The notes below the pieces were generated by a model. The model searched no databases and was not told the origin of the DNA. It saw only the letters and a program-made list of their open reading frames with translations. DNA of 64,000 nucleotides from assembly GCA_045586205.1 (NCBI GenBank), contig JAZMZW010000149.1, forward strand, positions 4,084-68,083, given 5' to 3'. Position numbers and translations under genes: made by a program. Positions 50,837 to 60,800 of this stretch are shown here, in pieces. The stretch's first letter is position 1, and each line of letters begins with the position of its first letter. The DNA comes from Faecousia sp. GTDB taxonomy: Bacteria > Bacillota > Clostridia > Oscillospirales > Oscillospiraceae.

Positions 50837-53800
50837 TCAACTGAAATATGCTTTTGCGCTGTCGCTGTAGGCAAAGAGGGTCTTACAAACTTCCAGAAGC
50901 TGATCGGTTTTGTTGTTGCCGTAGGTGTCTGCGCTATAGGTCAGAGTGCAGGAAACAGGGGTGTCCCCCTCCATGATCTGTACGGTCACGGGGGTACGGA
51001 GTTCCGCCGCCAAGAGACCGTAATAGCTAAAGGCATACAAACAGCGGTTTTCCTTGTAGAGCTCCATATCCTCTAAGATCTCTGTCCGTTGGGTACCGGT
51101 GCGATCTACATAGGTGACCTTTAGGGTAAGATCCTCTTTATTGCCGGTGTAATTGGTGAGGTTTGCAACAAATTTAATACCTACCTTGGATTGGAGATCC
51201 AGAGACTTACCTTCCCAAGTGATAAGGGGCGCGTCCAATTCCGTTCCTACTTGGTTCACAGAACCGAAGGTCAAATTTTCTGTATCCGTGAGGTACAGTT
51301 TCTGCGCTTCGGTCATGTTGCGGTCGGCAAGATCATCTGTACGGTAGCCCTTGTAAACTTGAGTTGCGGAACCGTAACGGAGCAGATCGGCACAGAGAAC
51401 TTTCAGGCTATTGGGGACGGAATCCTTGCTCATCTGGGAATAGGCATAGGTTGCAATGCTGTAAATATCCGTGGGAGAATAGTAAGGCTGTCCGCCCTTG
51501 GTGCCGTAAAGCACAGTGGTCAATTCCGTAGTCATTTGGGTGGCATTGAGACCCTCTAAGGTAAAGTAATAATACTTGCCGTTGAGGACAGGTTTCAGAG
51601 TTACGACCCATTCTTCTCCCTGTTCATTCCCCACATAGGTATTATAACGACATTCGGCATAAACGGTGTCCATATCGAAGCCTTCCAGAGTAGTTACAGG
51701 AACCACAAAGTTTACGGAAATGTCGCTTGCTAAATTAAGAGTGTGGCTCAGTTTCAGGGTGCTGTCTTCGGTCGGTTCCACAGATTCTACTGCACCGCAG
51801 GTACACACGCCGTCTGTATAAACATGAGGTTCTGATGTATATTGAGCGGTAATGAGCGTTTCTGCAACAACTCCTGTCAATGCCTTGTCCCAACCTGCAA
51901 AGGTGTAGTGATAGATTTCGTCACATGGCTTGGTGGGAATCGTTCCGCTGTAAATGGCGGTGTCCCCTTCTGCTACCTGCTCTGTAGAAAGGACAGTGCC
52001 GTCTTCGTTTTGGAAGGTGACGGTGTACAGAGGATCCGGGAGAGTCGCCTTGGGTCCGATGTAGAAATAGTCTACCTCAATGATGCCTTCTCCCTCCTTG
52101 GGCGCCAAATTGTTGATGTAAATACGGAGAGATTGGATCTCGGATTCTTCAATAAAGAAGGAAGGCATGGGTACAGTCACAGTAAAGTAACCGCTGTCAA
52201 TCATGGAAGCATCGTAGTTATGTCTCAGCAAGGGATTATAGTAGAAATCCGTCCGCGCCGCACTGGCGTATGCAATGCCGATGGAAAGAGGCAGGGTCTT
52301 GTCGTTGGCCTCGGCATTGTCAATGCGGATCCTCATCTGCAGATAATCGGTCCGGGAGGGCTTATAGCTCAGGGGACGCTCACTGACGGTAGTTCCCGTC
52401 TGGATATAGTGGTTACCGGCCTCTTTCACACGGGCGATCATGGTTGCGTTGAGAGGATCAAACCACGCACCACGCATAGAAGCAGTACGGGCAAACCATT
52501 GGGTGTTATCATAGTTTACATATCCGTATTTCTCGGTCATGTACCGCATCTCGTCGGTGTCACGATCCGTAAAATCGAAATACAGATAGTCCTTCTCGGG
52601 CAAATGCTCCTTGGGGCCGATATAGACTTCATCAATGGTAATGGAGGCGGTCTTGCCGGTAACGGGAGCAAGATTGGTAAAATACAGGCGGAAGGCTGTG
52701 ATCTCACTTGCATTTACAAAGGTGCTGTTCATGGGCAGAGTGATGACAAAATACTGCCCGTTAAACTGTTCTTCCGTAATGGTTTGGGTCACTCTTGCGC
52801 CGTAGTCGAAGTCTTCCTTTCCGGGGTGTTCATAGACGATACCGGCGGTCATAGAGGTAGTAGCGTCATTGGCGGTGACGTTGGAGATCTTCAGACGCAT
52901 CTGGAAACAGTCACCCTCTTGGGGGATGTAATGGAGGGGTCTGTCCCCTACTACAGTGCCGGTCTGGATATAGTGGTTGCCACCGGCGGTGAGGCTCACG
53001 GTCATGGTTCCGGCGGTATTATCGAGGTTTGCACTGCTCATAGAGGCAGGTCTGGGGAACCAGTTACCGGTGTCATAATTGAGACTGCCATAGATCCGAT
53101 CCTGATAGCGGAATCTCGCAAGTCTCTCGTTGGCAAAGCCAAAGTACATCCCACGGGTAAAGCGGAAGGCATCCAGTGCTACGGTGCCGCTAAACTTCAG
53201 ATAGACCGTATGCTTACCGGGGGTCACATTGGAGATCTTTACCTGTGCAGAGGTGTAGCTTGTGCTGTTAAAGCTGACTGTTCCCACCTTGTTAGCCGCC
53301 GCTGTTCCATCAATGTAGGCAGTAACGGTACAGCTTGTACCGGCGGCCTTGGCGGTAAAGATGTTCTCCGTGCCGTCAAATTCGATATCCTTGTAAATGA
53401 GGGTGTCGATCTTTGTCAGATTGGAAACAACCTTGTTTTTGCCACTGTTCCAATCCTCGGGAACCGAAAAGCCGAAGGTGTCAAAATTGTAGCTTGTAAA
53501 GTGCTCTGCATCAATGCGGTCGGAGGCAGAACGAATACGGTACCGTTCCTGAATGTAGTTAACCAGAGGCCCCGGACGATCCGTCATAACTCCCGTATAG
53601 CCGATATCAAAGAGGTCTGCCCAACCGATCTCACAGTCTACCTTAGCATTTGCGCCCATATAGCTGGGGTCTCCTGTATTGCAACGGAGATAGATCCCCT
53701 GCTCTCTGCAGTAAGGAACCAAGGTATTGCGGATATGATCCTCGTTGGAATCGCTGACACCGGCGGCAAGTCCCAATACACGAATCCCCGCATCCAGAAG

Positions 53801-54610
53801 TTTCTGAATATTTGCAGGCTTATTGTTGTTGTACTCAAAGGAAATGGATGTCTTTACTTCTTCCACGGTCACAGGATCGGAGGGGTATTTCTTATTCCAC
53901 AGCTCTGCCCCTGCATCAAACCAGGGTTCTAACTGGGACAGATTATAATTCCCCTTGAATACCACATATTCCACCATATCCCATTCCCTTGCGCAAACAT
54001 ATGCATGGGCGAAGCTGTCAGCTGTAGTGATTTTATCCATTAGGAGGAAGGCTTGCTTGTCGACCAGCTCCAGAATGGAGTCAAAACGGGAAATGGGCAT
54101 AGTCCCTCCTGCCTTGGCAGTGCCAACATTGGCAACATAGGTAGGAAGGGAGTTAAGAACCTTAGCATCCTCGGCAGTGAGGATATAGGGGGTTCCGGTA
54201 TTCCCCATACCATCTTCCAGTGTATACTTCTTCGCCTGCGCCCAAGTGATCTCATTGATATAAACTAAGGTATTTGCATTGGTCATGCGTCTCAGATTAT
54301 CATCGTGGAGAGCAACAGGGACACCGTCCTTGGTTACATGGAAATCTACTTCAATGATGTCAACACCCATGTTCAGACAGGAATTGATACCCAGAATGGA
54401 AGCCTCAGGAAAATTTCGCCAGTCGGTCTTATGGGAAATGGCCATAGGGATCCCACGCTTTATTTTCTCCCACAGAGGCTGAGTACCAAAGGAAGGAACC
54501 GCATAGTTCCCCTTGGTCTCCGGCTTCTCCTCCGGAAGCTCCGCCGCAAACACCGGCACAGCCCCTAAAAGGAGGCAAAGACATAATAAAATCGCAAAAA
54601 TCCGTTTCAT
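50837..54610 (-). CDS. Secreted glycerophosphodiester phosphodiesterase with CBM6-like domain, 2 CBM-like repeats, B-repeat-like domain and conserved C-terminal domain
   Basis: SHKTDWRNFPE, IEVDFHVTKDG..VALHD, MTDRP; IDAEHF...GKHTVYLKF CBM6-like domain; start at MKRIF. Confidence 0.85.
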   Translation of the reverse strand: MKRIFAILLCLCLLLGAVPVFAAELPEEKPETKGNYAVPSFGTQPLWEKIKRGIPMAISHKTDWRNFPEASILGINSCLNMGVDIIEVDFHVTKDGVPVALHDDNLRRMTNANTLVYINEITWAQAKKYTLEDGMGNTGTPYILTAEDAKVLNSLPTYVANVGTAKAGGTMPISRFDSILELVDKQAFLLMDKITTADSFAHAYVCAREWDMVEYVVFKGNYNLSQLEPWFDAGAELWNKKYPSDPVTVEEVKTSISFEYNNNKPANIQKLLDAGIRVLGLAAGVSDSNEDHIRNTLVPYCREQGIYLRCNTGDPSYMGANAKVDCEIGWADLFDIGYTGVMTDRPGPLVNYIQERYRIRSASDRIDAEHFTSYNFDTFGFSVPEDWNSGKNKVVSNLTKIDTLIYKDIEFDGTENIFTAKAAGTSCTVTAYIDGTAAANKVGTVSFNSTSYTSAQVKISNVTPGKHTVYLKFSGTVALDAFRFTRGMYFGFANERLARFRYQDRIYGSLNYDTGNWFPRPASMSSANLDNTAGTMTVSLTAGGNHYIQTGTVVGDRPLHYIPQEGDCFQMRLKISNVTANDATTSMTAGIVYEHPGKEDFDYGARVTQTITEEQFNGQYFVITLPMNSTFVNASEITAFRLYFTNLAPVTGKTASITIDEVYIGPKEHLPEKDYLYFDFTDRDTDEMRYMTEKYGYVNYDNTQWFARTASMRGAWFDPLNATMIARVKEAGNHYIQTGTTVSERPLSYKPSRTDYLQMRIRIDNAEANDKTLPLSIGIAYASAARTDFYYNPLLRHNYDASMIDSGYFTVTVPMPSFFIEESEIQSLRIYINNLAPKEGEGIIEVDYFYIGPKATLPDPLYTVTFQNEDGTVLSTEQVAEGDTAIYSGTIPTKPCDEIYHYTFAGWDKALTGVVAETLITAQYTSEPHVYTDGVCTCGAVESVEPTEDSTLKLSHTLNLASDISVNFVVPVTTLEGFDMDTVYAECRYNTYVGNEQGEEWVVTLKPVLNGKYYYFTLEGLNATQMTTELTTVLYGTKGGQPYYSPTDIYSIATYAYSQMSKDSVPNSLKVLCADLLRYGSATQVYKGYRTDDLADRNMTEAQKLYLTDTENLTFGSVNQVGTELDAPLITWEGKSLDLQSKVGIKFVANLTNYTGNKEDLTLKVTYVDRTGTQRTEILEDMELYKENRCLYAFSYYGLLAAELRTPVTVQIMEGDTPVSCTLTYSADTYGNNKTDQLLEVCKTLFAYSDSAKAYFS

Positions 54611-54833
54611 AAACAAACTCCCTTCTATCTCCCGATTTCGGGAAAATAGCTATAAAATAACTATATCATACCATGAAATAAAACGCAAGAAATGTTTCCC
54701 AAATCACAGTTTATGAGTGATGAACCGTCCACCGACACCCTCATAGGTCCCTACAGTAAATTTGATGCTTTGTGCTGAAAAACCGAACAGAGGCATCCCC
54801 TGTCCCGGTATTCGATATATTTTCGGCTAATTT

Positions 54834-57800
54834 TCAATTTGTAAAGTATGCCTTTGCACTGTCGCTGTAAGCAAAGAGTGCCTTGCACAGTTCCAGCAGA
54901 GCGCCGGTCTTATTGTTGCCGTAGGTATCGGGGCTGTAGCAGAAGGTGGAGGACACAGCTTGTTCCCCTTCAAAGATCTGTACGGAAAGCACCTCTCTCA
55001 GCTCCGAAGCAAGGAGGCAATCTACGGTGAAGGAATACATACTGCGAGACTCACTGTAGGGCTGAAGCTCCGTCACGGTGACAGACATACTCTCTCCGAA
55101 GTTATCCCTGTAGTTGACCTTCATGGAAAGATCCTCAAGCTTCCCTGTATACGCAGCCAGGCTGAAGATGAACTTCAGAGACACCTTGGAGTCCAGAGAC
55201 AGACTTTTGCCGATCCATGTCACAGAGGGCTCAGCCAGATCTCCCAGGTCCCTGTTGGTCTCCCCAAAGGTCACCGCCTCCAAATCCGACAGATGGGACT
55301 TGTGTTCCTCCGTCATATCTCCATCCGCAAGGGCGCTGAGACGGTACTCTTTATAAACCTGTGCCTTGGAGCCGTAGCGCAGAAGGTCGGCACACAGGGT
55401 CTTGAGACCTGCCGGAACAGCTCCGTTCCCCTTATTCAACTGAGAGTACGCATACTTTGCCACGCTGTACAGATCCGTATTGGAATAGTAGGGCTGTCCG
55501 TCCTTTTCTCCATACAGTACGGAGGAAACCGTATCATTCATCTGCACCGCCGTAATACCTGTAAGGGTGAAGTAATATAAAGCCCCATTTTTTACCGGCT
55601 CTATACGCACGGACTCTGTTCCCAGCAAAGTCTCACCCTCGTAATTCTCAATGGTGCTGACCAGATAAACCGTATCCATATCATAGCCTTCCAGCATGGT
55701 TACGGGAACAAGGTAATTGACGGAAATATCGCTCGCCAAATTCAGGCTGTGGCTGATCTTCCATCCGCTTTCCAACAAGGGCTCTTTCTCTTCCGGCTCA
55801 CCGCAGATACACAGGCCATTTTCATAGCTGTGCTTCACCTCAAGGAAGCGGGCGGTAAAGACCGTGTCTTTACGGATATTTTCAAGGCTCTTATCCCAGC
55901 CTTGGAATACATAGTGGTGTACTCTGTCATGTGCCTTTGCAGGGGTTTTCCCGGAATAGGCCGCCGTATCTCCCTCTTGCACAGAGACGGTTTCCAAAAT
56001 CTGTCCGTCTTCATTGCGGAAGGTCACGGTATACAGAGGCAAGGGCAGGCTTGCCTTGGGGCCTACATAAAGATAATCTACGGTCAGGGACAGATTTTCC
56101 CCTGCTGCATTCTTGACATAAGAAAGCTGAGGACGGAAGCAGGAGATCTCATGGGCGCTCTTGTACTTAGCATGGCTCATGGGGAAGGTCAGGATGAAAT
56201 ATTCCCCATTTCCGTACTGCTCCAAAGAAAAATCTTTATAGCCGGAAGCCACCACAGAAGTTTCCCCGATGCCGAAATACAGGCTGAATCTGGCTGTACC
56301 GTTGGTCTTTGTGCTCACGGCATTTTCGATCTTCAGCCGTACCTGACAGTAGTCCTCCTGTCCCGGACGGAAGGCCAAGGGATATACGTTGTGTGCAGGG
56401 CCACTGTGGAAGTAGTGATCCGTCCGGCTGTCCAACTTGGAATACAGGCTCATGGTTCCCCCTTCTGTCACAGGAGCAGTGGCGTAGGTGGAATTTGTCC
56501 ACCAGCTTTCCGGCAAATCGGGATCGGTATTGCCGTAAAGCTTGTCCTTGTAACGCTCCTGCCCTACAAGATCCCCGTTGAACTCCGCCAGATAATAGGC
56601 ATCCCGTGCAGGCAAGTCTTCTTCCCAACCGATGTAAAGATAATCAATGCTGAAGCGAAGCTGTTCCCCCTCCGCACTTGTAACATCGGAGATCTGAGGA
56701 CGGATGCTGACGATCTGAGGGACGGAAAGATAATTCTTGCTGTCCATGGGGAAGGTGATCGTTGCCCAACCGGCATCCATATACTCTTCCACAGGAAGCT
56801 CCACATAGTCGGAGCCTGCGGAGTTGTTATCCTTTGCGCCGTAAAGCAAGCCCAGACGGATCAGACCCTTGCTGTTGGTGCAGATACCGTTTTCCAAGCG
56901 GATACGCATTTGACACAGATCACCCGCCTTTGGGATGTACTGCAAGGGATACACCCCGAAGGTCTCACAGCTCAGAGCATAGTGCACTGTGGAGGTAGAG
57001 CCCTGAGAGGCTGTGAGGATCAGCACCCCATTTTCCACCTTGGGAGCTTCATCGTTGTTGGAGTTTGTCCACCAGCTTTCGGGGCTGTCCAAATTCTTCT
57101 CTCCGTAGACCTTGTCCCCATAGCGCAGATGGTCGTCATAGGTATCGGTGAAGTCTGCAAAGAGATTTTCCTCCCTTGCGGGAGCAGTGCTTTCCGGCCC
57201 CACATACAGATAGTCTATGTGGAAGGTCACACTCTCCCCCTCTGCGGAGTTCAGACGTCCAAACTGGAAGCGCAAACTGCTGATCTTCTCTCCGGAGAGA
57301 TATTTTTCACTGTCCATGGGGAAGGACAAGGTCACATAGCCCTTGTCGGAAAGCTCCTCCACGGAAAATTCCACCTGATCGTAGCCTGCCGTAGCATTGC
57401 TCCCCATGCCGTAGTACAGTTGGAACACTCCCTTACCGCTGCTTTGGCTACATACTCCATGCTCCACAGAGAAACGGAGCTTGCAAATATCACCCTCCTT
57501 AGGTGTATAGTTCAGGGGGAAAACATTGTGCGTCCATGCACTGTGGATATAGTGGTTGTTCCGTCCCTCTGCATTGGTGGAAGCAAAGGTCAAGATCCCT
57601 TTGTTCACCGTAGGCTCTGTGGCATAGCTTGGATTTGCCCACCAGTTTTCGGGATCGTCGAAATCCGTATTGCCGTAGGCACTGCCTGCATAACGGATCC
57701 GATCCTCTGCACCTGCCTCAAAGTCAAAGAACAAAGAAGTCTGCTCGGGAAGTAAGTCATAGGAACCTACATAGAGGTAGTCCACCGTTAGCTTCCCTGC

Positions 57801-60800
57801 ACTTTCTCCCATACCCAAGCCACTGAAGTTGATGCGCAGGGCTGTAATGTCCGTAAGCTCCCTCTTTTCCTCGGGCACAGGCAGGGTCAGGACAAGCCAC
57901 TGTCCCTGTGCATCCTCCTGTGTCAAGGCGGTCTCCGTCAGCTTGCGGATCCGATCCTTGCCGTTCAGATGGGAGTTACGGGATGTATAATAATAAATAC
58001 CCACCTTTGCCCCGCTTGCTACGGTGAAGTTCTCCAATTTCACCTTCAACTGGATCACCTCTTTGTCTCGGAGGCTCAGTTGCAGGGGGAATTTTTGGGT
58101 CAAATAGGGTCCTGTTTGCAGATATAGGCTTCCACCCTTGGGATCCTGCTCCATGGTCATGGAAACCGCGCCATTTTCATACACGGGAGCGCTCAAGCGA
58201 CTGCTGCTGTAGCTCCAATTTCCCTGTGAAAAATCCACGGAGCCGTATTCTCCCCGATTATATCGAGAGGAGCTTTCAAAATCAAAATAGGTAGAGGAGG
58301 GCGCATTTTTCCGACTGCCGACATAGAGATAATCCATGCTGATCTTCCCTACCGAAGTCTCATCCACGCTCTTGGTATAACGGAACCGCAGACCAAGGGA
58401 TTTGATAAAGTCGCTGCTGCGGAATTCCTCATCCACAGGGATCCGCAAGGTGATATATTCCCCATTGGAAATGGTGAAGGGTACCGTAAGCTCGCCCTTT
58501 CGGCTCACCTCTCCCTTTGCTTCCTTAGTGTACAAAAGGGTAAGTAAAGGTCGTTTCCCCTCCGTTGCCACAAGATCCTCCGTCTTGAAGCGTACTTCCA
58601 GAATTTCCGCAGTCTTGGGATCGTAGGACAGGGCATGACGATTGCGGTCATTCCAGGGATATGTCCCCGCCTGTGCCGTAGTCTCCACATATAGTCCCTG
58701 ATCCGTCCCCGCCGTACCGTTGTATTCCTGTGTCCCATATACCTGCAAGGCTCCACTGTCCACGGAGAAGTAATGTCCCACCCCTGTAGTCAGATTGGTA
58801 GCCCATGCATCTTGGGAATAATCATAGCCACCGTAGGTGCCGGAGCTGTAGGCGGTAATGCTTCTGTCCGAATCAAAGCCAAAGTACAGATCCTCAGGCT
58901 CCTTGCCGAAGGAAAGGTAGTCCACGACTGCCTTTCCGCCCTTCAGCCCGCGGAAAATCAGCTTGATGCCCTTCACATTCCCTTGGGGCAGGCTCAGGCT
59001 CTGCTTGTAGGTCACATAGTCTCCCCTTGTATCGGGACTGCACAGGAGGCTTTCCCCGCTCCACACATCCGTCAAATAGGATAGATAGATCTTGGGACTG
59101 TCGGAAGTAGCTCCCGTGAGCTTCAGCCGAAGTTGCACCGTGATCTCACCGCTTACGGAGAAATTCAGCTTCCCTGCACTGAGCTCCGTCATACCGCTCT
59201 GATCCAGAGGTAGACTGAGGCTTCCCCCGCTGACAGTAGGTGCAGAGGCACTTGCTGTCCAATTACTGCTCACACTGTAGTCCGTGTAGCCGTAAGAGGG
59301 GCTGGAATAAGAGCGATTCTGTGCAAAATCAAAGAGCAGGCAGTCCTCCTTTTCCGTAGCAAAGGTAGCGGCGATGCTCTTGCCCATGGCCTTGCTGAAG
59401 TCTACTTTTATGACTGTTTTTCCGCTGCCGCCGATCTGCAATTCCGCATTGGAGTCCGTCACATACAGACTGCGGTTGACTGTGACAGTGGCAGTTTTCA
59501 GCTCTTGGGTAGGATCGGACAGAGACAGGCTGTAAATGCCGTTCTTTTCCTGCACCATGAGGATCATGGGCTGATCTACGGTGATGCCGTTGTAGCTCCC
59601 TGCCTTCCAGAATACCATGGAGGTAATGCCAAGCTTTTCCTCCCGTACCACATGGAGATCCTCCGTACATTTCACCACGGAAATGTCGGGATCTGCGGAA
59701 TACTCCTTGGTTTCTTCGGGGCTCTTCCCGGGGAGCATCACATAGCTGTAGCGTCCGTTTTCGGGAGTCTTTCCGTGACTGAGCCAGATCTCAAGGAAGC
59801 TGTGACTGCCGTTAATGGGAGAATGGGTCAGATTGATCTTGTTGTAATCGTCGTTGGTGTCATCCCCGTCATTGCTGGACTGACGGAAGCTTTTGTTCAC
59901 ATATACCTCGCCCCCTTGGGGGAAGTAATAGCCACCGAAATTCTCCCCATAGATCCATTGAGGGTCCGTATAATGCTTCGGCTCCGAGAAGCTGTTGACC
60001 TTTTCCAAAAGTGTTCCGTCTACCATAACGTCATCGGTGCCGTAGACGGTCTTTCCTCCCGCCACGGAGCTTTCCAAAAGCTCTCGATTGTCCACATAGG
60101 TGTTGACCCCGTTGTTTCTGGTGGAGAAATCAATATCCGAGCCCACGCAGACGATCTCATCGTCAAAGAGGAAGTAGGATTTTCTGGCACTGAGATCGGA
60201 GACTAAAACCTGCTTCATTTTGTTCCGCTCCGCATACTCGTCGGGCTGCGCGGAATTGTGGATCTTAATGAGCTCCTGTCGGGATTCCTCCTCCGTCCAG
60301 CTATAGGCCTCGAACTCCATGGCGGCGGCAATATACTTTCCGCCTAACTCCACACCGCCTACAAAGGAACAGGCTTTGGAGCCGTCCTCGTCATAGTCCT
60401 GCTTCCAGTCGTCCTTCCCCGCCGCCTCGTTATGGGTGTAGGTCATACCCGTGAAATAAGGGGCACGCTCACTCCAAGGCTGACGGAGGGTGGCATCTTC
60501 TTCCGTGGTGCCGGGCACGCGGTACATATTGGCAAAGCGCTGGAAATTCCCTCCGTATTGGTCATAGGCATAGTTGGTGGTATCGTCATAGACATAGACC
60601 ATGCCGTCTCCCGTATGCCAGCCGTAACGGTTGCAACCGTTGACACATTCATAGGTTCCTATGCGGATGGAGCTCATGGCGATGCCTACGGTATAGCCTT
60701 GGGCATGCTGGACTGCTCGGTCGGTGCTGTAGCGCATATTGGCATAAACTTCATCCCCCACAGGGATGGTCTCATCCATGACAATGTTCTTCAGGGTCTG

